Shown here: positions 40,430 to 48,524 of the stretch, one piece after another | How the letters are laid out: the number at the start of each line of letters is the position of its first letter | Numbering within the stretch: position 1 is the first letter of the stretch | Origin: Halanaerobiales bacterium | GTDB taxonomy: Bacteria > Bacillota > Halanaerobiia > Halanaerobiales > M55B127 | NCBI GenBank assembly: GCA_018334565.1 | Contig: JAGXLU010000003.1 | Span: 19,475 to 83,474, forward strand | Length of the DNA: 64,000 nt | Direction of reading: 5' to 3' | Translations under genes and position numbers: made by a program | Notes under the pieces: generated by a model | Database searches by the model: none | What the model was told of the DNA's origin: nothing | What the model saw: only the letters and a program-made list of their open reading frames with translations

Positions 40430-41722
40430 GTGATACAGATTTTTGTAGACGAAGCAGTATTTAAAGTAAAAAGTGGTAATGGAGGTAATGGTGTTGTAAG
40501 TTTTAGAAGAGAAAAATTCGAAGCTATGGGTGGGCCTGATGGAGGAGATGGTGGAAACGGCGGAGATATAATATTAGAAGTGGATGAAGGCTTAAATACC
40601 TTAGCTGACTTTAAGTATAAAAATATTTATAAAGCAGAAAATGGCAGTCATGGACGCGGTAAAGATCAGAGAGGAAGAGATGGAAAAGATTTGTACTTAG
40701 CTGTTCCTCCCGGTACATTGGTCTATAATGATGATAATAATCAGCTATTGGCTGATTTAAAAAAAGATGAGCAACAGTATGTAGTAGCAAAAGGAGGTAA
40801 GGGAGGAAGAGGAAATGCAAGATTTAAAAAATCTACTCGCAAGGCTCCTAAATTTGCAGAAAACGGTGAAAAAGGTGAAGAACTTAAAATCAGACTCGAA
40901 CTACAACTACTTGCAGATGTTGGATTGGTTGGTTATCCTAATGTGGGAAAGTCAACATTAATTTCTAAAGTATCAGCGGCAAAGCCTGAAATTGCTTCTT
41001 ATCACTTTACTACATTAAAACCCAATCTTGGTGTTGTCTCATATGGTGAATATAAGTCATACGTAATGGCAGATATACCGGGAATCATCGAAGGTGCTCA
41101 CCTGGGAGTTGGCTTAGGTTATGAATTTTTAAAACATCTAGAACGTACAAGACTATTAGTTCATATTATTGATGTTTCTGGAATAGAAGGTAGAGATCCT
41201 ATTAAAGATTTTGAAAAGATAAATATGGAATTAAAAGAGTATAAAACTGAGTTATTTAACTTACCACAAATTGTTGTTTTAAATAAGATTGATCTAAAAG
41301 AAGCCAGAGATAATTTAGATGAAGTCAAAAATGAATTAGAAAATAGAGGTTATGAAGTTTATCCTATATCAGCAGTAACCGGGCAGGGTGTAGATTACTT
41401 AAAATATAGAATTGGTCAGAAATTAGAAGAGCTGCCCAAAAAAGATAGAGAGATAAAAGCTAAAGATAATGTATTAATCAAACCTGAATTTGAAAAGGAT
41501 AATGAAATGTTTATTAAACAGCTAACTGAAAATAAATATGAAATAAAAGGGAAATTAATAGAGGAATTATTAGAAAAGACAGATTTTAACAATGATGCCT
41601 CTGTACAGAGATTATTAAGAATTGTTAGGCATCATCAGCTGGATAAGAAGATGAGAAAAAAGGGAATAAAAGATGGGGATATTGTTTTAATAGGTCCCAT
41701 AGAATTTGAATACATACAATAG
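40430..41722 (+). CDS. obg: GTPase Obg/CgtA
   Basis: GTG start. FVDEA...VKSGNGGNG..SFRREKF, GxPNVGKST and DIPG motifs. C-terminal OCT domain. Confidence 0.95.
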   Translation: MIQIFVDEAVFKVKSGNGGNGVVSFRREKFEAMGGPDGGDGGNGGDIILEVDEGLNTLADFKYKNIYKAENGSHGRGKDQRGRDGKDLYLAVPPGTLVYNDDNNQLLADLKKDEQQYVVAKGGKGGRGNARFKKSTRKAPKFAENGEKGEELKIRLELQLLADVGLVGYPNVGKSTLISKVSAAKPEIASYHFTTLKPNLGVVSYGEYKSYVMADIPGIIEGAHLGVGLGYEFLKHLERTRLLVHIIDVSGIEGRDPIKDFEKINMELKEYKTELFNLPQIVVLNKIDLKEARDNLDEVKNELENRGYEVYPISAVTGQGVDYLKYRIGQKLEELPKKDREIKAKDNVLIKPEFEKDNEMFIKQLTENKYEIKGKLIEELLEKTDFNNDASVQRLLRIVRHHQLDKKMRKKGIKDGDIVLIGPIEFEYIQ

Positions 41723-41738
41723 CAAATAGGGGGTTTAT

Positions 41739-42122
41739 ATGTTTCAGCTTAAAGCTGTAGGTATTGTAAAAAATGATTTTAAAGAACCGGTCAAGCCGGC
41801 TAAAATTAGAGAAAAAAACAGTCAAATAATTATTCATGAAGAATTTTCAGAAGGCTTATATAAAATTGAAGAAAATGATTGTCTGCAGGTTGTTTTTTAT
41901 CTGAATAAATCTAATGGCTTTAAATTAAAAGGTAAAAGACGTGGAAAAGAGCTGGGTGTCTTTGCCTGCAGAAGTCCTCATAGACCAAATTCAATTGCAG
42001 TTACCACCGTTAAACTTATTAGAAGGGATAAGAACCGCCTTATTGTTGAAGGACTGGATGCTATCGATAAAACTCCCATAATAGATATTAAACCGTATGT
42101 TTCTCAAATTGATGAATGCTAA
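41739..42122 (+). CDS. TsaA/TrmO-like (UPF0066/YaeB) SAM-dependent methyltransferase domain protein
   Basis: ..GVFA.RSPHRPN.I.VT.V.L......L.V.GLD.ID.TP..DIKPY.. motif. Confidence 0.75.
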   Translation: MFQLKAVGIVKNDFKEPVKPAKIREKNSQIIIHEEFSEGLYKIEENDCLQVVFYLNKSNGFKLKGKRRGKELGVFACRSPHRPNSIAVTTVKLIRRDKNRLIVEGLDAIDKTPIIDIKPYVSQIDEC

Positions 42123-42208
42123 ATTGTTGGGATTAAAGATTAATTACTAAATTGTAGGAGGTGAAAGTTTATCGGTTTATTTTTTTGAGATAAAACCGGT
42201 AAATAATA

Positions 42209-42502
42209 ATGTTAACAGGCAAACAAAGAAGTTATTTAAGAGCTGAAGCAAATAAATTAGAGCCTTATATTCATATTGGAAAAGAAGGACTAAGTGAGGC
42301 TGTTTATGAAAAAATAGATGAAGTTTTAGATGACCATGAGTTAGTTAAAATTAGAGTTTTAGATAATTCTCTACTAGAAAATAATGAGATTGTAGAAGAA
42401 GTGTGTGATAGAATGGGAGCAGAATATGTTCAGGTCATTGGTAATGTATTTATAATTTATAGGAAGAATATAGAAGAACCTATTTATAAACTTCCTAAAT
42501 AA
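42209..42502 (+). CDS. yhbY: ribosome assembly RNA-binding protein YhbY (CRM domain)
   Basis: LTGKQRSYLRAEANKL.P...IGKEGLSE.V...I...L..HELVKI. Confidence 0.85.
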   Translation: MLTGKQRSYLRAEANKLEPYIHIGKEGLSEAVYEKIDEVLDDHELVKIRVLDNSLLENNEIVEEVCDRMGAEYVQVIGNVFIIYRKNIEEPIYKLPK

Positions 42503-42523
42503 AAACAAAAAGGATGATATAAA

Positions 42524-43774
42524 ATGAAGATAGGTATGTATTCTCTTTTGTCAGTAATCCATGACGAAAAAAGGATAACTCAAACCCTTGATAACTTCAT
42601 TAAAGAAATCACTCATGATATCAATATTGAAAAAATTGACAAAGAGACCCTTCTTTCAGAGAAAAAAGAGGAGTATGATTTGATTGTTGTATTTATAAAA
42701 ACTGGTGGCACTGAAAATTTATTTAAAGAAATCTATGAAGAATTTAAAAAACCTGTTATTTTGATCGCATCTGCTCTGCACAACTCCTTGGCTGCTTCTA
42801 TGGAAATTTTAAGCTGGGTAAAATCACAGGGTGATAAAGGTAAAATACTGCATGGTCAACCTGATGATATTGTTGATAGTTTAAAGACTATCATAAAAAT
42901 AGAAGAGACAAAAGAAAAAATAAAAAATAGCAGATTGGGTTTAATCGGTAGGCCTTCTGATTGGTTAATTGATAGTCATATAGATAAAAATATGGTTGAG
43001 GAAAAATGGGGTTTAAAAGTAATAGATATACCTATCGAAGAGGTAATAGAAAATTTCAAGATTATAAATGATGAACAGGTTATTGAATTAACAGATAAAT
43101 TTACTCAAAAAGCACTTTCTACTGAAGAGCCTTCCCAATATGATATAATTCAGGCTGCTAAGGTATATATTGTTTTGAAAAATATAGTCGAGAAATATAA
43201 TCTGAACTCACTTACCATCAGGTGTTTTGATCTGGTTACTGAGTTAAAAACTACAGGTTGTCTGGCTCTTTCTTTACTAAATAATGAAGGTATAATTGCA
43301 GGCTGTGAGGGAGATATACCTGCTACAATATCTATGATGATTGCTTATTATTTAACAGGTAGACTTCCTTTTATGGCAAACCCAGTTTCTTTAAATATTC
43401 ATCAAAATAAAGTAAAATTTGCCCACTGTACTATAGCTACTGAAGCTGTTGAGAACTATATAATTAGATCTCACTTTGAATCTGGTATAGGAGTTGGAGT
43501 ACAAGGTGAACTTAAGAAAGGCGGATTAACATTATTTAAAATAGGAGGTTCGAAACTGCAGCATGTGGTATATAAAAATGCAGATTTAATAAACAATTTA
43601 AACAGTGAATTCGCCTGCAGAACCCAAATATTGGTTGACTTTAATGATAATGATATTGATTATTTTCTAAATAATCCGATTGGTAATCATCATATTTTGC
43701 TAGAAGAAAAATATCAAGATTTATTTGAGGAATTTTTTAAAAGATTGGAATTTGATACTAAAAAACACTGGTAG
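42524..43774 (+). CDS. L-fucose/L-arabinose isomerase-family protein (uncharacterised)
   Basis: ..LTIRCFD........TGCLALS.LN..GI.AGCEGD.. resembles the fucose-isomerase-like fold. Assignment is from motif memory only. Confidence 0.5.
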   Translation: MKIGMYSLLSVIHDEKRITQTLDNFIKEITHDINIEKIDKETLLSEKKEEYDLIVVFIKTGGTENLFKEIYEEFKKPVILIASALHNSLAASMEILSWVKSQGDKGKILHGQPDDIVDSLKTIIKIEETKEKIKNSRLGLIGRPSDWLIDSHIDKNMVEEKWGLKVIDIPIEEVIENFKIINDEQVIELTDKFTQKALSTEEPSQYDIIQAAKVYIVLKNIVEKYNLNSLTIRCFDLVTELKTTGCLALSLLNNEGIIAGCEGDIPATISMMIAYYLTGRLPFMANPVSLNIHQNKVKFAHCTIATEAVENYIIRSHFESGIGVGVQGELKKGGLTLFKIGGSKLQHVVYKNADLINNLNSEFACRTQILVDFNDNDIDYFLNNPIGNHHILLEEKYQDLFEEFFKRLEFDTKKHW

Positions 43775-43786
43775 TGGAGGATAATT

Positions 43787-45715
43787 ATGGTTGTAGTTAA
43801 TATAAATTCGATATCAAAATCTTACGGGACACATCAAGTTTTAGATGATTTTTCAATCTCAATAAATGAGGGTGAGAAGGTTGCCTTAATAGGAGAAAAT
43901 GGTTCAGGTAAGACAACCTTATTTAAGATAATAAAAAAACAAGAAGATTTTCAATCTGGTAATATTTCTTTAAAAAATAATTTAAATATAGGATTATTAG
44001 ATCAAATACCGGAGTTTACTCCTGATAATACAGTTTATGAAGAATTGATTACCGTATTTGCTGATTTAGAAAAAACAAAAGAACGATTAAAAACACTAGA
44101 AAAACAAATAAGCACATTTAATAAGAATGACAAAGGTCATCAAGAACTTGATGAATTAATGGAGAAGTATAGTTCGTTAAGCCATCAGTATGAAATAAAT
44201 GGCGGGTATGAATATAAAAATAAGATTACCCAGGTTGCCTGTGGACTGGGCTTTAATAAAAAAGATTTTAAAAAGAAGATATCATATTTAAGTGGTGGAG
44301 AAAAATCTAGAGTGGGTTTAATAAAATTACTTTTAAAAGAACCAGATCTCTTATTATTAGATGAGCCTACTAATCATCTTGATATAGATTCTATTCAGTG
44401 GTTGGAAGAGTTTTTAATAAAATATTCCGGTGCTGTTATTATTATATCTCATGATAGATATTTTTTAGATCAAGTTATAGAAAGAATTATCGAGATAAAT
44501 AATGGGAAAGCAGATAGATATAATGGGAATTATAGTTATTATTTAAAAGAAAGAAAAAGAAGATATGAAATAAAGTTAAAAGAGTATGAAGATCAACAGA
44601 AAAAAATAAAAAAATTGGAAGAAGCTATTCATCAATTAAGAGTTTGGGGTAGATCTAGAGATAGCGATAAGATGTTTAAAAGAGCAAAAGCAATGGAGAA
44701 AAGATTAGGCAGAATTAATGAAAAAGAAAAGCCCACCCTTTATGGTAAAAGAATGAATTTAGAACTTAATTTTAATAAAAGAAGTGGTGATGAAGTATTA
44801 AAGATTGAAATACTAAAGAAATCTTTTGATAAACAGCCCCTCTTGAAAGATCTCAGTTTAAATTTATACTGGCAGGATAAGGCCGTAATAATTGGTCCAA
44901 ATGGATCTGGTAAAAGTACTTTACTGAATATCATAAATGGAGATGCTCAAGCAGATGAAGGCAATGTAAAATTGGGAGCTAGTGTAAAGATGGGTTATTA
45001 TCGACAGGAGTTTAAAAACTTTGATCCAGAAAATAATTTAATAGATGTTTTAATAGATAAATGTTCATTAAAGATCAGTGAAGCACGTAATGCTTTGGGG
45101 GCTTTTTTATTTAGTGATCAAGAGGTATATAAAAAAGTAAAAAACTTAAGTGGTGGAGAAAAAAGTCGTTTGAGACTATTACAATTAATGATTCAAGACA
45201 ATAACTTTTTAATTTTGGATGAGCCTACTAATCATCTTGATTTACCATCCAGAGAAGTTTTAGAAGATGTGCTTAAAGATTATCCAGGAACCATTCTGGT
45301 TGTTTCCCATGATCGTTATTTTATAAATAAAATTATTGATTATACTTATGAACTGAAAGATAAAAAACTCATAAAATATTATGGGAATTATGATTATTAT
45401 AAAACAAAGAAAAAAGAATTAAATCAACAGAATAAAAATTGGAAAGATAAGTCAAAAAAAGAAGTTAAAGAGAAGGATAATTATTACTATAGGCAGAAAG
45501 AAATAGAGAGAAAAGAAAGAAAAAGACAAAGAAGCCTAAAAAAATTAGAAAAAGAAATAAGTGTAAAAGAAAATAAGATTATTAAATTAGAAAAAAAGAT
45601 GACAAAGAAGGCAAATATAGATAATTTCAAAAAATTAAATTCTTTAAAAAACGAACACCAGACGATTAAAGCTGATCTTGATAAACTGTATAAACAATGG
45701 GAAAAATACCTTTAA
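43787..45715 (+). CDS. ABC-F family ATPase (two ABC domains, C-terminal coiled coil)
   Basis: Two Walker A motifs (GENGSGKTT, GPNGSGKST), two LSGGE signatures, no TM domain, and a K/E-rich C-terminal helix. Confidence 0.9.
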   Translation: MVVVNINSISKSYGTHQVLDDFSISINEGEKVALIGENGSGKTTLFKIIKKQEDFQSGNISLKNNLNIGLLDQIPEFTPDNTVYEELITVFADLEKTKERLKTLEKQISTFNKNDKGHQELDELMEKYSSLSHQYEINGGYEYKNKITQVACGLGFNKKDFKKKISYLSGGEKSRVGLIKLLLKEPDLLLLDEPTNHLDIDSIQWLEEFLIKYSGAVIIISHDRYFLDQVIERIIEINNGKADRYNGNYSYYLKERKRRYEIKLKEYEDQQKKIKKLEEAIHQLRVWGRSRDSDKMFKRAKAMEKRLGRINEKEKPTLYGKRMNLELNFNKRSGDEVLKIEILKKSFDKQPLLKDLSLNLYWQDKAVIIGPNGSGKSTLLNIINGDAQADEGNVKLGASVKMGYYRQEFKNFDPENNLIDVLIDKCSLKISEARNALGAFLFSDQEVYKKVKNLSGGEKSRLRLLQLMIQDNNFLILDEPTNHLDLPSREVLEDVLKDYPGTILVVSHDRYFINKIIDYTYELKDKKLIKYYGNYDYYKTKKKELNQQNKNWKDKSKKEVKEKDNYYYRQKEIERKERKRQRSLKKLEKEISVKENKIIKLEKKMTKKANIDNFKKLNSLKNEHQTIKADLDKLYKQWEKYL

Positions 45716-45729
45716 TATTAAATTTATAT

Positions 45730-45804
45730 ACCCCTGTAGCTCAGTGGATAGAGCGTCGGCCTCCGGAGCCGAGTGCGCAGGTTCGATTCCTGCTAGGGGT
45801 ACCA
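45730..45804 (+). tRNA. tRNA-Arg (anticodon CCG), CCA encoded
   Basis: Cloverleaf folded by hand. Acceptor ACCCCTG/TAGGGGT, D arm GCTC-AGTGGATA-GAGC, anticodon arm TCGGC-CTCCGGA-GCCGA (CCG at 45763-45765), T arm GCAGG-TTCGATT-CCTGC, then A-CCA. Confidence 0.9.
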
Positions 45805-45871
45805 TTTTTTTATGTAATTACTAATATCTTTTTTTAAAAATCTCAAATAAAAAATAAATTTAAAATAAATG

Positions 45872-45900
45872 TTGCATTATAATAATTTGTGCGTTATACT
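45872..45900 (+). promoter_or_regulatory. candidate sigma-A promoter (TTGCAT-17 nt-TATACT)
   Basis: Read from the sequence. About 110 nt upstream of the 39-codon ORF at 46010. Confidence 0.4.
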
Positions 45901-46009
45901 ATAGCCGAGAATTAGAGATATATAGAGTAGCAGATAATTAATATAAATTGACAAAGTAGATTTGTAGCGAGGATGTTTCCTAATATATAAACAAAAGGGG
46001 GCATTTGAG

Positions 46010-46129
46010 ATGTTTAAAATTTATAAGAAAAAGACTAAAAAGAACAGAAATAATTACCGATTCGATAGTAATAATTATAGGGAAGAGATAATTAACAACC
46101 TTTTAATAACTAATGGATTTTTCTTCTAA
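46010..46129 (+). CDS. hypothetical small basic protein (39 aa), unverified
   Basis: ATG preceded by AAAGGGGG with a 7-8-nt spacer. Translation is MFKIYKKKTKKNRNNYRFDSNNYREEIINNLLITNGFFF. Followed by a terminator at 46158. No recognisable family. Confidence 0.3.
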   Translation: MFKIYKKKTKKNRNNYRFDSNNYREEIINNLLITNGFFF

Positions 46130-46157
46130 CAATTGGATATTAAAAGAAGACTACGAA

Positions 46158-46189
46158 GCTGTCAGGGGCATTATCCTGGCAGTTTTTTT
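46158..46189 (+). terminator. rho-independent terminator
   Basis: GCTGTCAGG-GGCATTAT-CCTGGCAG followed by T7. Confidence 0.6.
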
Positions 46190-46655
46190 ATCATAATAGT
46201 AATATATCTGAAGGTTTTTAATTTATGGGAAAAACTGAAACTATAAAAGTCATAATATTTATAGTATTAGAAAGAAATTTAGTTTGTTTTATCAAAAAGC
46301 TAAAAAATAATGGGAGTAGGAATTCTGAAAGATACAATCATAAAGTAAGTAGAATTACTTTCCGACTTATAATATATATAAAAAATGCAAACTGGTAAGA
46401 TTTTCTATAAATAATTATTATTGGATTTTTATATTCTATAATTTTATATATAACTGATAGGTATAAGGTATTATATATATTATATTTAAAATCAGATAAA
46501 ATATAATTTGTATTTACTAAATTAAAAAATAATAACATGATCTATTATTAATATAAAACTATTAGAAACCTTGATAATTTGTTGTAAAACAAACAGGTGT
46601 TTTGTTATCTTTCTAGAAATAATAATATATAATTAGAATTTATGGAGATGATATT

Positions 46656-47222
46656 ATGGAGTTAATGCAGGGTGTAGAGTTTTCGCATTGGATTATCAGT
46701 AACTTTTTAGAACAAAATAAAGTTTTGGTTGATGCAACCTGTGGCAGAGGTAAAGATACTTTGTTTTTATCTAAACATTTAGATGCTGATGGTAAAATTT
46801 ATGCATTTGATATTCAAAAAGAAGCAATTCAAATTACAAAAGACAAATTTGCATCACTAGATAAAAGAATTGAGATTGAATTTATACAGGATGATCATCA
46901 AAAGATTGCAGAGTATGTTAATAAAAAAGCAGATGGAATCATCTATAATTTAGGATTTTTACCGGGGTCTGATAAAAACATAAAGACAGAAAAAGAAACA
47001 ACTCTTAATTCATTAAATGAAGCATTGGATGTTTTGGCTGATAAGGGCCTTATTGTCCTTGTGATTTATTCTGAACATCCAGGTGGACAAGAAGAAAAGG
47101 AGGCTGTCTTAGATTTTGCTGCTAATCTAAATTATAAAAATTATAATGTATTACATTATAATTTCATTAATCAAAAGAAAAATCCGCCAGAAGTAATTGT
47201 AATAAAAAAAAGGGGAGAATAG
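46656..47222 (+). CDS. class I SAM-dependent methyltransferase, YtqB/MnmM-like (putative rRNA/tRNA methylase family PF06962)
   Basis: ..VDATCGRGKDTLFL......GKIYAFDIQ.EAI..T.. and ..YNLGFLPG.DK...T.. motifs. Confidence 0.7.
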   Translation: MELMQGVEFSHWIISNFLEQNKVLVDATCGRGKDTLFLSKHLDADGKIYAFDIQKEAIQITKDKFASLDKRIEIEFIQDDHQKIAEYVNKKADGIIYNLGFLPGSDKNIKTEKETTLNSLNEALDVLADKGLIVLVIYSEHPGGQEEKEAVLDFAANLNYKNYNVLHYNFINQKKNPPEVIVIKKRGE

Positions 47223-47225
47223 TAT

Positions 47226-48524
47226 ATGAAGCCGGCAGTAGATTTTATACACACAGCAGATTTGCACTTAGGAAGTCGGATTCAAATAAATGAAAGCTAC
47301 AAGAATTTACAGACAAAAGATTATAATGAGGCTGTATACAACTCTTTTAAAAAAATTGTAGATAATGCTATAAAAACAGATGTTGATTTTGTTCTAATAT
47401 CTGGGGATATTTTTGACAGTGATTCTCGTTCAGTTAGGGCTACCCGTTTTTTTATTGAACAGAGTCAAAGGTTAGATTGTAAAGATATTGCTATTTATAT
47501 GATTAATGGTAATCATGATCCTTATCGTAATGAAGGTGAGTTATTAAATCTACCTAAGAATGTGCATGTCTGTGATTCTGAACAGCCAAGTTGTTTTACA
47601 GTACATAGAAATAATAGGTTAATTGCCCGCATATTAGGGCAATCTTATCGAAGCAGTTCTGAAAATAGAAAAATGAGTAATTATTATACTGTTAATGATC
47701 AAAGAGTATATAATATAGCATTATTACACACTCAACTTGATTTAAACAATAAAAGTTATGTTCCGGTTTCAAAAGATGATTTACTGAAAAAAAATAGTAT
47801 TGATTATTGGGCACTTGGTCATATTCATAAAAAGCAGATTATAAATGGCGAAAACCCCTACATAATATATCCAGGTATACCTCAAGGTCGAGATATGGGG
47901 GAAATGGAGCCTGGAGGTTATTTCATGGTGCATCTTGAGCCAAACAACTGTTATTATGACTTTAAAAAAACTTCAGATTATGTTTATAGAAGATTCGAAG
48001 TTGATCTTGGTAAAATGGAAATAAATAACATTTCGGATTTACATGAATTATTAGAAAAAGAATTAAATGAGTTTTATCAAACATTAAATAAAAATATAAA
48101 AGGTTATATTATAAGAATAATACTAAAAGGAAATATTAGAATCTATGAATTGTTACAGGAAAAGGAAGAAGAAATTAACGAAGATATATTAAGCAATTTA
48201 AGGCCATTATATCTGAACAAAGCTCCTTTACTATTTATTAATGGTATTGTCAATCGAAGTTCTAAATATATTGAGAATATGGAAGAATTAATTAAAAAAG
48301 ATCCGTTCTTTAAAGATTTTTTTAACTTTCTTAAAGAATTAAAAAGTGATGATAAAGAAATTAAAAAATTAAAAAATGATCTTGGCAGAATATGGAATTC
48401 CAAAGTAGATATAGAAAATAAAGATCCGCAGGAATTTCAACTTGGTGAACAGGTTTTTAAAGAACTATTTGAGCAATCAAAATTCCTTATTATGAAAGAG
48501 TTTATTGAAAGAAGGGATTTATGA
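47226..48524 (+). CDS. Mre11/SbcD-like metallophosphoesterase DNA-repair exonuclease (YhaO/SbcF-like)
   Basis: FIHTADLHLG, LISGDIFD, GNHD and ALGHIH calcineurin-fold motifs. Confidence 0.8.
   Translation: MKPAVDFIHTADLHLGSRIQINESYKNLQTKDYNEAVYNSFKKIVDNAIKTDVDFVLISGDIFDSDSRSVRATRFFIEQSQRLDCKDIAIYMINGNHDPYRNEGELLNLPKNVHVCDSEQPSCFTVHRNNRLIARILGQSYRSSSENRKMSNYYTVNDQRVYNIALLHTQLDLNNKSYVPVSKDDLLKKNSIDYWALGHIHKKQIINGENPYIIYPGIPQGRDMGEMEPGGYFMVHLEPNNCYYDFKKTSDYVYRRFEVDLGKMEINNISDLHELLEKELNEFYQTLNKNIKGYIIRIILKGNIRIYELLQEKEEEINEDILSNLRPLYLNKAPLLFINGIVNRSSKYIENMEELIKKDPFFKDFFNFLKELKSDDKEIKKLKNDLGRIWNSKVDIENKDPQEFQLGEQVFKELFEQSKFLIMKEFIERRDL

Noticed and set aside
46338-46538. 66-aa reverse-strand ORF in the AT-rich gap after tRNA-Arg. 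A roughly 57-codon forward ORF starting at 46225 was considered alongside it.
   Set aside because: The sequence is extremely AT-rich and the translations are low-complexity. There is no convincing SD and no recognisable motif, so these are most likely chance ORFs.
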